Of a stretch of DNA of 64,000 bases, positions 52,177-64,000 are shown piece by piece (position 1 is the first letter of the stretch; every line of letters begins with the position of its first letter). The position numbers and the translations under genes were made by a program. The DNA is taken from NCBI GenBank assembly GCA_965113315.1, contig OZ220374.1; one strand, 5' to 3'. Source of the DNA: Podarcis vaucheri (taxonomy: Eukaryota). Under the pieces are notes generated by a model, which saw only the letters and a list, made by a program, of their open reading frames with translations, was not told the origin of the DNA and ran no database searches.

Positions 52177-53709
52177 AAAGAAACTATTGCTACTACAAAA
52201 TAAACTTGGGTTTTCTTTGCAAAAAACTGTTAGTCATAATATACTGCCACAAATCTTTGTACATTCCCAAACTTGTCCGTTTAGAATTCTTGTTAATGCT
52301 GAAAGATGAAGGAATTGCAAACTTTGCTAATGTTCATGTGTTGCTTTAAACACCTTCAAAGGTGCTGAAACCTCATTAATAGATTCGGTAGAATCTTGGC
52401 TTTGATACATATGTTTGCCTCCTGATTTGTGATGCTGTTGCCTTTTATCTTCAGTAATCTCTGCTTACATTTTTGCTTTTGTCATTTTATAAGAAATTTC
52501 AGTTTTGTTTTTTCTTTTGGGGGCCTCTGAATAAACTAGGGACTGCCCATTCTTGTTTGTGTTGTCTGCCATATGCAGGAATCATGTCCACCCTCTAAGT
52601 TTTAGCATTGTATGGTAAAGGTGGTATACTAGCATTACATAGTAAGATTACAGCATAAGCCTAGTATTGTGGAAGTTCATTACGTTGAATCATTTGTGAC
52701 ACATTGCGAGCCTGGAAAAAAAGAACCAACTCTGCCAAATTATTTTGTCTGGCTATCTGACTACTTGTCCATTGGCAACCAGGTAAGTGACTTGTTTAAA
52801 TGCTGTTAACTTGCCTATAATAAAAGAGTTTTGTATTGAGAAATTGGTGAGGAATTTTTAATTTGTGTAAGACCTCACTTTGCATCTACTCAACCTCCAT
52901 GCGTTTCAAAGGAAATGAAGTTGAACTTCCTTCCACTGGTTTCAGTAGCTGCTGGCTACACATCCACAAGGCTTGATGACTTGCCTTCTGTTACTCATTT
53001 CACCAACCTGTCCACTTTCTCTGAACAAACTAGTTTTGTAGGTGAAACATTTTTTAAAAAGCAATTGACATTTAAAATACGCAGTATTCACCCCCAAGAA
53101 ATACTATGAATTTATACAGTACCCCACCTAACAGTGCTTTTCTCATTGCTGGTCTAACTTCTTGTTCCCTGCTATCTTTGTATAATATCCGATACCAGGT
53201 GTTCATGGACTATATGAATCTTTGGCATGACCCATGGATACTATTCTTGTACTAAAAAGCTTCCGAGCTGCTTGTAAGCCACTCAATACTTTATTTTGAT
53301 GCACTGAATTAGTTTCTTGAAGAAATGAGCTTTGTCAAATCAGCAGCTTAAAAGTTCGCTAGAGCTTTTTATATACCGTTGGGAGGAAATTTAACAAAAA
53401 AAGCTGTATGTGAGAGCAGTTATATGCATGTCAAAGTAGTCAGCTGAGCTATGTCTGTGTATGCACGCTTGCTGATTCTGTGTAAACACACATTTGCTGT
53501 GCAAGCACTGAATCATCATTGACAGTAACATTGTCCAGATAACCTGTTTTGAATGTGTGTGTGTTTTGGGGGGAAAGCAAGCATTCTAGATGTTTGTGTA
53601 GAAAACATTGGAAATATCTCCTTGTCTTTCTCTTAACTGGAAAGGGGGGAGAGTCTAATGTAACATTCTCTCTCATCTGCTGTTCCTAGAGGATAAGGGC
53701 TATGAGGGT

Positions 53710-54025
53710 AACCACAGAGCCTAGGGCTTGCTGATCAGAAGGTTGGCGGCTTGAATCCCCGCGATGGGGTGAGCTCCTGTTGCTCGGTCCCTGCTCCTGC
53801 CAACCTAGCAGTTCAAAAGCACGTCAAAGTGCAAGTAGGAACCGCTCCAGCGGGAAGGTAAACGGCGTTTCCGTGTGCTGCTCTGGTTCGCCAGAAGCGG
53901 CTTAGTCATGCTGGCCACATGACCCGGAAGCTGTACGCCGGCTCCCTCGGCCAAAAGCGAGATGAGCGCCGCAACCCCAGAGTTGTCCACGACTGCACCT
54001 AACTGTCAGGGGACCCTTTACCTTT
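53710..54025 (+). mobile_element. Sauria SINE, slightly 5'-truncated
   Basis: Body closely matches the 46104 and 60523 copies; CCCTTTACCTTT tail. Confidence 0.9.
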
Positions 54026-55826
54026 TAATCAGCACATTGTTTTTTTGTAAAGAGTTCCAATTGTTCTTTTTCCTAGGTTCAGAATGCTTACTACTTGGCC
54101 AGGCAACAATTATATTACAATAAGCTACCAGTGTTCCATAATAATGGTTGCATTAGCCAATTACAGACACTTGGTTTTTCATGAATTTGAATTGCATTTG
54201 TTTCAAGTTTTGTTCAATATATTACTACCTGACACTGAGGTGTGTGGGGTTGCATCCCAAATAGCATGTCCTTTTCAGGCATCTTACTCCCACAAGGCAC
54301 AAGACTTTCCAAATCTCAGACAGATTAAACCCATCCCCATTTTATAGGCAATTTAAAAAGGTGCACATCCTATAAGCTTCCTGTTGACTTCATTGGGATA
54401 CATGGCTTTGTTTTTCCTGCTTAAGTCCTTTGTTTATCCTATGGGCACGAGATATTCAGGTATTAAACTAGTCCTTTAAGAAACCAGACTTGTGGGGAGG
54501 GATTCCCCCTTATAGAGGCAATGGAAAAAAGCAAATGGATAGCTATTACTCAGCTGAGCTTTCCAGCCTGTCAATTTCCTTGTGTGCTCCCCGGCTTCCA
54601 ACCCCAGAACCTGTTGATGCAATTTCAGTTTCAGTTTCTCATTCCAATAGAAATTAATGGAAAGCAAATCAAATAAATGAAGTATTCATTTTATTTCCCA
54701 TTTTCATCCTACAAATGAATGGGGCGCTTCAATTTTTTTTGTTAGTGCGCCCTGGTCATTGAGAGGCAAAGTCATATTTTTAGGGGAATTGTGACCTTTT
54801 GACCTGGGAGACATTTCAGTCTTGGAAACCACTTAGCTGGCTACAGATGGAAGTTTGGTAAATGTAGCATCAGTAGACAAGGAGTAGGGAACTGAGGCAT
54901 TCCAACTTAATTTCATGTTGTTGGGAGGTGGGGTGGGGAGAGCTAGAGAAAAGTGGCAAAAAGAAAAGGGGTGCCCTGTCCACTGCCAGCATGTGCTTCC
55001 CATAATATTACTCCCAAGAGAATCTGGTCCTCAATGGAAAAAGGCTCCCCACCCCTGCAGTAGACTTGTAGCCTTTGCTTGGTAGCATAGTTTTAAAAAC
55101 ACATGAATCTAACTGGCAGTTTGGTGCTGTGCATGTTGTGATGTGCGTTCAAAGGTTGCTGAGTAATCAACTGGCCAAATGAAGCAGTCAGCACTGCTCC
55201 TTTTGGGTGATCTTCCTCATTCAAAAAGCATGCAGGCCGCTTAGGCCAGTGAAGTACAAAGTTGAAAGTTTGTCAGCAAGAAACATGAAGGATGCCCTGA
55301 GACATGAAAGAGCAAGGAGAGGAGGGTGCCAGAAGATGAGCATCTCCTCATAGCTGTATCCAGGGTCATGTTGCTAGGATACCAAGTGCCCTGCTGCCCA
55401 GTAAAGGGGTTTTGTTCAGCTCGTAAAAACAGAATCCCCAATTATGTTTATTCTCTTCCCCTTTAGTTCCAAAGAAGAAAAAATCGCACACAGGTAAAAG
55501 AAGCTGAATGTCCTGCACGGCACCTGCCCTTCTCCCAGAGTGGTTGGTTAAGGTACATCTGTGGGGCATGTGCCAATATAGCTTCGCACTCACCCCAGCC
55601 TTTGGCTGCAAGGCGCAAGGCTTGGGAGTTCAGAGTGGCAGACAGCCTTCTGGGCAGGGAAAGAGCAAATGGATGGTAAGACTTGAATGACAAGGTAGTC
55701 AGATGTGTACTAAAGGAGAATAAGGATGAATGAATTATTTGCCTCAGCTTCAGAGCGGAAGATACAGGGCACGTCTCTGTGCTGGAACTATTGGCAGGAA
55801 GGGTAGTGCGCGGAACGGAAGGTAGT

Positions 55827-56183
55827 AAAAAGGCAAAAGATAACCCCTGGACGATTAAGTCCAGTTGACTGGGGTTCGGCAATAATCTCGCTTTTCAAGC
55901 CGAAGGAGCCAGTGTTTGTCCACAGACAGCTTTCTGGGTCATGTGGCCAGCAGAACTAAACCGCTATTGGTGCACAGAGGACCGTGATGAGTGCCAGAGT
56001 GCAGGGAAACACAGTTTACCTTCCCACTGCAGCTGTTCCTATTTGATTGCACTGGTATGCTTTCAAACTGCTAGGTTTGCAGAGGCTGGGACAGAGCAAC
56101 GGGAGCTCACCCCGTTGTGCGGCCAACCTTCCGATCGGCAATCCCCCAAGCTCAGTGGTTTAGACCACAGCGCCACCCGCTTC
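55827..56183 (-). mobile_element. Sauria SINE, different subfamily
   Basis: Reverse-complement head CCACAGCGCCACCCGC and GGGAGCTCACCCCG; AAAGG tail. Confidence 0.85.
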
Positions 56184-56327
56184 TGACAAGAGATGACATT
56201 CTAGGCCTCAAAGACAAAATTAAAGCGAACAAACACCAGGTCTGGCTAGCATCTATCCAAAAGTTATCGGACTCAAATGTAAAATTGCTTATCTAAATAT
56301 GTAACTTGTCCCTCAGTTCTGCCTCCA

Positions 56328-56515
56328 TACCTGGGGACTGGAAAGCAGACAATGTAACTCCAATCTGGGGGATCCTGGAAATTGCAGACCAGTTAGCTTA
56401 ATGTCTGTCCCAGAAAGACTAGTGGAAAGTGTTGTTAAAGATAAACTAACCAAGCATATTGAAAAACCGTGCTGAAGCAGAGTCAGCGTGGCTTCTGCAA
56501 GAGCAGGTCCTATCA
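56328..56515 (+). mobile_element. CR1 LINE reverse-transcriptase fragment
   Basis: DWKADNVTPI...DPGNCRPVSLMSVPERLVESVVKDKLTKHIE...SQRGFCK resembles the CR1 PGNYRPVSL...QHGF motif. Confidence 0.8.
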
Positions 56516-59500
56516 GAAGCCTGTTGGAGGTGATTCAGTTGCAGATCCATGAATGAGGTCTCTGCCTAAACAGCAGATTGTGTGTGTTGTTGCGCCATCT
56601 ACTGGCCGTCACAGCAATATATTCCATAAGGATACAATGGTCAGTGAAGTGGGATTCCAAATAGGAAGCCCACAAGATGGAAATTCGTTTAACTACCTTT
56701 CCAGCCATCTGTGTAGTAGAAATGAGATGACTGGAGATTATCCTGGATTCCCTGGTCTGCACACTGTGATATTCTCCAGAGGTTGGTGACTACAAAATCC
56801 CATCATCCTTGACCATTGGCTTTGCATGGGGCTGGTGTGAGTTGTAGTGCAGAACAGCTAGAATGCTGAACATTGGCTGCCGCTGGTGGAGACTCTTAGC
56901 CAGTCAGAGTGGATGCTTCCTTCCTATGTATTCAAATGAGTAGCATTAAACTTCAGTTAGGTGTACTTTTGCCAGTCTGCAAAGGCACTTGGTTTAGCTG
57001 TTCCCACTTACGTTCCTGCACTGGAGGTTAGTTTGATAAGTAAGGTGTGAATCTTGGATAAGACATTATCCCGTCCTGTGTGTGCTCTGCAATAATTTCT
57101 CTCCTGATACCCAAATGGAGGAAGAAAATGCACTGCCTCAGTCAGGTGATGGCAGCTCTCGTCATCATTGCCCCACAGTTTCCCCCTGTTTTACTTTTGA
57201 GAAAGTGTCAAGGGAGAGGATCTCTTCCTCAGAGTGAAGCATTTTGGGCACAGCAGCTTTGCTACAATGGCTGGAAGTTCTGTTGAAAACTGGGAAGTTA
57301 CTTTAAACAGAACTTCAAGCTGCTGGCCAACTTTCCCAGAATGCCTCACTCTACAGAAAGACACCCCCCCTGCCCCTTTCTCATAGTGAGGGTGGGAGAG
57401 GAGAGCCCACACAATTTTGAGGCACTTTATTAGAGCATCATTACAATTTTGGTAAACTTCAGCATAATTTGCTGTGGCATATTAATTGATACAGGAAGGC
57501 CAAGAGAAATGAAACACAAGAAAGCATTTGTTTCAACAATTGTGATCAGTAATTACTCAGGTTTTAGCATTCCTCTAAGCCAGTCGTAACCAATCTGGTG
57601 CCTTCCAGACATTTTATTTTATTTTACTGAATTGAATTGAATTTATATACCACTCTATGCCCAGAGGTCTCAAGACGGTTCACAGTTTTGAACTCCCACT
57701 ATTCCCAGCTGGCAGGACTTGGGTGAAAGCTGCTCTGCTCTAAACACTGACACTCAAATTGCCACGTAGGACAGCCTGTCCTGGAGTTCACCAATTCCAT
57801 GCACCGGCTACTGCGATTCTGGTTTCTATGCTTGCTTTTGTTTTGCAGTGTTTGCAGATGGCAGGAATGAGAGGCGAAATGCTTCCCATGGGCTTGCTCT
57901 GGAACAGGGCTTCTACCCAGACTATTTGTCCCTTTAGCCTGGCATTAATTCCGATTGGCAGTGGCTTCCTATGGCCTCATGCCACGATCTTCCACTACTT
58001 GGTTCTTTAAGAGCAAACTGGAGATGTCAGATGTGGAACGTGGGTCATGCATTTGGTCTACCATTGAACTGCAGCTATGGCTGCAGAGACATTATCTCCT
58101 TGCATTTGTCATCCATGGACCTATGTTACGTGCACCACCAGGTCCAGCACTTCCTCCTATTGTCTGACCACTGATAAGGCAGCACCAGTTTTCCAGGGGG
58201 ATATAGATGCAGGACGCAATCTCAAGGGTGATGTCACTGGCTCTAACAGGTGCCAATTCAAGGAGCTGCTACCTGGAGAGGAGGTAGTGGGTACTTGCAC
58301 ATTCAGAAGCTTATCCCCGACAGGGCAATATAGCTGTTAATTTTGGGAGAACTAGCAGACCCCACTAGATGGCAGCAACACACTAGAGATCTTCATTGGT
58401 ATGTGGTTGGAGAGCAAACCCCATTCCTCATTCCTTTTCTCCTCTTGCTCTTACAGCTTTCAGTTTTTAAAGTGTTTCTTCCCATCTCTCCTTTACAGGG
58501 TAGAGACCCCTCTGTCTGCCTGCCAGCCAGCCCAAAATCCAAGTGTTCTTAAATGTAAAATAGGTTATTGCATTAATTCACAAAGCCCTGGGCAGCCTAG
58601 GCCAAAGGTACCTCAAGGCGCATCCGATTCCTTATGCTTGATCACTGAGATCCTTTGATGGGGCAGGTTTGTTGGTCCTCTGAGGTTCAGTCCATCTTCC
58701 CCAGAGAGCAAACCTTTGGTGTGGCAGGACCTGCCCTGTGGAACTCCTTGCCAACAGAAGGTCAAATGGAATTTCCAGTTGAATCTTAGGACTCATCCAG
58801 GCTTCATTTGGTGCCTCATTTATAGGGATAGGAGCTGCAGTTTGTTCCGATTCAACAGTAAAGAGGAGATTTTCCTGGGGAAGTGTTCCTGGACTTCTGT
58901 TTTTATTTCAGAACATGTAAAATAAAACAAAAACCCAAACCATATTTGAATGCTTATTCCTTGCAAGTGTTTCCTCTAAATGACGCATTAGATTGCAGTG
59001 TTTTCCCCCCAGCCCCTTTCTTTGTGATCCTTTTTTAAGCTTGTACATCAGGGTTGTAGTCCAAGAACATATGGAGTCCCTGTTAGAGTATAGTTGACTT
59101 CAAGGTCCTTGCAGCTCTTGCAAATCAATCTCCAAAGTGCCTTTTTGTGGTTTGGTGCCCTTTAAATCCATAGTTAATAGGCAGAAGGGGGTCAAACCTA
59201 TTGAGGTGACTTTTTGCACCACAGCCTTCAGCCCCCGTGATTCAAAATAAAAAATCAGAAGTTGCCTTAGAAACCAAGTAGTTAGGAGTAAGCGCAAGGT
59301 AACAGTGGAGCCCAGAATGGATAAAATAAATCCACACAAAGCACTTTAAGAGTTCAGGGCAGCTGCCAGATTAAGAACAGCTCCAGCAACTCATGCAACA
59401 AACCATTTCAAATGGGATTATAATAGCAGCTGGAGGGGAACCTAAGCAAACTCATCCTTATCGATCCGTGAGAAAAAAATAAAAGTTCACAGGGGGGGAA

Positions 59501-60204
59501 ACCCACACATGTAAAAAAAAAGCTCAATGCAATGGCATTGTCAGATAGCATACAATTTTACACTGGATTTCTCTCCCCACCCCCACCCCGCTGCCTCACT
59601 GTGAAATGGGGAAATCAGAATTAAATTGGGGTGGGGAGGAAAGAGTGTAAGCTGCCACATGGAAGAGGGCAAAACAAGAAGTCTTGTAAACATGGGATGC
59701 CCCAAATCTGCCTTCAACGGCTGTGTGCTCACAGCTTTAACATCCTTACAAGGAAAAGACAACTACTTAAGTGCTAACTCGCTTCCCATCGCTAGAGGGC
59801 AAGAAACACGTACACGCTCAACCTACTGTTCCTTTTCAGAACAACAGACTGCAGCAGGTTGTGCAGAGATTTCTGCGCTCCCTCTGGCGTTAAGTGCAAA
59901 TGGCAACTTCTTCCGCAAGTGTAGCGCTAAGCAGAAAGAGGTGGCAAGAATACCTCTTGGATCCTCCACTTTGGAATAAATAGAAAAGAAATGGGGAAAG
60001 ATCCCATTGCCTATGCTGACTTTGCAGGGGGCTTGCCCAGATTTCAGACTCAGGTCTCCAAGCCTTATCTGGAGATGGTGGGCACTGGGAGGGAATGAAG
60101 CAAAATACCTTCCATCTTTTTTCCTCCTCTGGTGACTGGTCACATCCTTTGCTTTGTGGGACCACTTCTTTTCTTTTATTATTTATGTCTGTATCTCACC
60201 CGTC

Positions 60205-61060
60205 CGACATTGAGAGTGTATTAACTTATGGTCTCTCTGTGTGTTTTGGGAGCTGCATGGTCAGGGAAAAAACAATGCTGTCCAGGGTTGTAAAGACTGC
60301 AGAGAGAATAATTGGGTGCACTCTTCCCACCTTGGATCAAATCTATGCTTCCAGGTGCTATAAGAAAGCTGCAGAGATAGCGCAGGATAGTGCACACCCC
60401 AGAAATGATCTCTTTCAGCTTCTGCCTTCTGGTACAGGGTTATAAAGACTAGGACTAGCCGCCTGAGAAACAGTTTCTATCTAAATGCGATTTTGGTTTT
60501 AAATGCAGTGTAAGGAATCTATAGGGACGCAGGTGGTGCTGTGGTTAAACCACAGAGCCTAGGACTTGCAGATCAGAAGGTCGGCGGTTCGAATCCCCGT
60601 GACAGGGTGAGCTCCCGTTGCTTGGTCCCTGCTCCTGCCAACCTAGCAGTTCGAAAGCATGTCAAAGTGCAAGAAGATAAGTAGGTACCGCTCTGGTGGG
60701 AAAGTAAACAGCATTTCCGTGCGCTGCTCTGGTTCGCCAGAAGTGGCTTAGTCATGCTGGCCACATGACCCGGAAACTGTACGCCGGCTCGTCGGCCAAT
60801 AAAGCGAGAGGAGCGTCGCAACCCCAGAGTCTGCCACGACTGGGACCTAATGGTCAGGGGTCCCTTTACCGTAAGGAATCTATGGGAGTATATTGTATTT
60901 TAAAAAATGGGGTATCAGAGTTTTTAGGGGGCTAACCAGGCTGGAACAGCTGGGATAGCAGGCTTGTTGGTTTTGAATGTCTGATGTAGATTTTTTTTCA
61001 ATTTTGTTGTTCTGTATGGGACAATGTCAATAAAGATTTGCATCACATCGTATCATATCT
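60205..61060 (+). mobile_element. Rex1/Babar-type LINE 3' fragment interrupted by a SINE
   Basis: IESVLTYGLSVCFGSC...RVVKTAERIIGCTLP...HP...LFQLLPSG...RTSRLRNSFY; 3' end AATTTTGTTGT...ACAATGTCAATAAAG. Confidence 0.85.
60523..60870 (+). mobile_element. Sauria SINE, full length
   Basis: Perfect 13-bp TSD GTAAGGAATCTAT at 60510-60522 and 60871-60883. Confidence 0.93.
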
Positions 61061-63650
61061 GTGATGGCTCTTGGCTACAATCTATTTTTGATTCCTCTCC
61101 CACCCATCATCCCACACTGAAGACAATCCTTGTGGTCCCTTCCAAATCCTACATTTCTACGATGAGCAATCTGCCTGGGTGTCACAGATTTCAGGAGTGA
61201 AGCAAAAAAGGTGCAGTAGAAGCTCCCGTGAGAAAACACCCTCCAAAGAACTTCACACTGAAACACCTCTGGTCCTCAACTGGATTGTGCAAAAGCTACA
61301 AAAGCACCAGCCCCTTGAAGGCAGATGGCCCCACACTCCAAGGCAGGGCAAGTCCTGTACTGCGGCCTTAAGTCTTTTTCATTAAAATGAATAAAAACTA
61401 ATTGCTCAGGCATTACTAAATAGCACCTATGTCAGGCAAAATTAACATTTTGAAATATAACCTGGAGGCTTCTTCTCTTGCTTTTTGTTGTTGATGATGC
61501 TCATACTCAAGATAAAGCACTGACCTTTAGGAGGCACTCGGGGCTTTGAAATGCCCTTTGCCTGGCCTTGTAGGACAGGTTCAACTGTATTAACCAGCCC
61601 ACTTGTTTGTGTGTATAAGGGATTAGGAAGCAATACTTTGCAAAGCTACCGACTGCAAATTCTAACTTATGCAAAGCCTGATGCCCTAAAGATAACTGAA
61701 GATGTCAACATGTAGATATCATAGAGCTAAGTGTTTGGTGTCCTACAAATTTGGCTTCTGAATACTAGAATTTTTGTAGCATTTCCGAATTTAGCATGGG
61801 GAAATATAATTTTTTTGGGGGGAAGTTCAATTCATCAATTGTGTTGACTTCTGCAATACCCAAAAGTGCAAGTCTAAATGCAGGGAATTATTGCTTGTTG
61901 TATAAGGAGATCAGAAAATCAGATGGTAAGGGTTTATTTTTTAAAAAAAAAATCAAGAGTTTAAATCTAGTAGGGTTTTTTTTTACCCACATATTCTGAA
62001 AACCTCCACTGTTTATGGGGCAACTGCCTTAAGTAATTCTTGGTGACTTGTGCTTCCTTCATCAAGGAGGCCAATGCAATGTAAAAGGAACGGACCCAAA
62101 TGGCACAGTATCCAGAATGAGTCCTAAATTAGATCTAAGTGCGTGGAAATTCAGCATGTATACGTAAATGTGCAGGAAATTTAATCTTTGGAGGTGCAGA
62201 TAATAAATATGGTTCAGTATTCTATAAAAAAGGCTGTGCCATTTCACTTACATGGTGGTAAATGAATAAATGCTTGATTAAATATAGTTGAAATCTATGG
62301 CAAAGCTGGTGGTAACAAGCTGGTTGGTAACTTGTAGGGATTGTGAACTGGAAAGCCATGCATTCAAATTTCTCATTTGTATTTCTGAGGCGATGGCCAT
62401 GCCACTCTTCTCCCAGGCTTAACGCTTGCACTCGTCTGCAATCTTGTGATAACAAAAGTGGCCTCCTTCCAGTCACTATCAGCCTTGCCCTACCTCACAG
62501 AGCCGTTGTGAGGATAACAGGGGAATTTCTCCTGCTCTTTGGAAGAAGGGTGCAGGCGATGGTGTCGATCTTCATTAAGAAATATGATTTTGCCTTGAAC
62601 CGAGATGGATGCTTTAGCTGAGATTCCTGCATTGCAGGGAGTTGGACAATTCTATGACCTCTCCCTGCAGCTGCTTTAAAGCAGCAGGTGAAACTCCTGC
62701 ATGGGGCAGCCTGCTCTTCAATCAGTGCAAATGTGTTGCAAACCCTGCCCTGGGACTGGTTGAGCAGGTGGCTGCCTGGGACTCAGCTGGAGGGCAAATG
62801 GGACCAGAGTTGGGACTGAGCTAGGCTGGAAGCAGGGAGCCAGAAGGTGAGCTGGGTCTGGGTCAGGAGTTTCCCCTCCCCATTTTCTCTCTCTTTTGCA
62901 TGCCTCCCTTTAGTGATGTTAAGCAGACCTGGAGCTGGCGCCTAGGCCTCATTACCTCCAATTACCATAATAGTTGCCTCTTTCTTGTGTGTAGCTTCCA
63001 CCCTCCCTCCCAATTCTCCCTGGGGGTGAATATCTGCCTCTTTTCCACCTTGACTTGCTCTATCGATTCCCCCTGGCCCAGATCCCAGCAGCAAATGCAA
63101 ACGTGTCTCTCTGTCTCTCTTGCTCACTGGCGAGCCAGGGATGGGAGCTCTGCTGCTTGGGCCGCCCTGTTATTGATCACCTGGCTGAGGAACATTTATA
63201 GGCACTTAGAGCCACTTAGACATCGGCAGGGTGAAGGTGTTTTTTTCCCCTCTCTCTCTCCTTTCTGCAATATTTGGGGGCTCTGCAGTCTGAGCTCCAT
63301 GAAAAGGCACAGCAAATAGGATGTCTCCCCTCCGTATTAGCTATTAATAATAACACAGTAATATTATTCTGGGTGTTATTTCTATTACATTTTCATCTCT
63401 AAGGAGCAGGTGTCAGTGCACATTGCCTCTCCTGCTGCTCCACTCTGGCTGCACACACAACGTGCATATTCCACCACCTGCTCCAAAGGATCCCAGGAAC
63501 TGTAGTTTGTGAAAGGGTGCAGAGAATTGGAACCCTGTGGGGAGAAAACTACAGTTCCCATGAATCTTTGGGCAGAAATGTGCTTAAATTGTATGGTGTG
63601 GCTGCAGACTCCAGTCCCCTTTCGCTTTCATGCGCAACAAGTGATGCAGG

Positions 63651-63797
63651 CAGTGGCGTAGCGTGGGGGGTGCAGGGGGGGCCGGCTGCACCGGGCGCAA
63701 CATCTGGGGGTTAGGGTTAGGGGGCGCAAATCCACGGGTTAGGGGGCGCAAATTACTTGCCTTGCCCCGGGTGCTGACAACCCATGCTACGCCACTG
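63651..63797. mobile_element. hAT (Tip100-like) MITE, 147 bp, containing TTAGGG repeats
   Basis: Perfect 8-bp TSD GATGCAGG at 63643-63650 and 63798-63805; TIR CAGTGGCGTAGC / GCTACGCCACTG. Confidence 0.9.
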
Positions 63798-64000
63798 GAT
63801 GCAGGCGCATTTGATCAGGACCAAATAAAATGCCACCGTGAGCCAATTTCCCAGTTCCTCAGGATACTTCTCGAGGCTGGATGTTAAGCAAAGCAAAGCA
63901 AAAATGAGGAGGGAAGAGAGAGGGAGAGAAATGCTGTAAAAGAAAAGGTTGCAGCAGTCTTCAGAGCAGGTTTTCTTTATCTGGAGTCCCCGGGCAGGCT

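Noticed and set aside
57800-58270. Possible very degenerate RTE-like LINE remnant on the minus strand
   Set aside because: Similarity too weak to support without a profile search

Overview
Vertebrate genomic DNA, almost certainly from a squamate and probably a lacertid lizard, judged from Sauria/Squam-type SINEs, Bov-B and young L2 repeats. The window holds the complete 14-exon WAC gene on the + strand (ATG 7897, TGA 50800-50802, 645-648 aa, 3' UTR to about 52190 with a 203-N assembly gap). The CpG island at about 5960-8600 appears bidirectional. On the - strand lies an intact, intronless, diverged SSNA1/NA14-like ORF (3587-3964). Consensus splice sites suggest it is reached through two non-coding leader exons (ending at 6304; 5327-5230) spliced to an acceptor at 4037. 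This looks like a retrogene that captured WAC's antisense transcript and is the top finding. WAC also shows several splicing oddities: a distant-branch-point acceptor and tandem donors at exon 7, tandem acceptors at exons 9 and 12, and two candidate stop-containing exons in introns 3 and 12. The rest is transposon-rich: Sauria SINEs, a Squam3-like SINE, L2, Bov-B, RTE, Rex1/Babar, CR1, and Tc1/mariner and hAT MITEs, one carrying TTAGGG repeats. All homology calls come from recalled sequences, not database searches.
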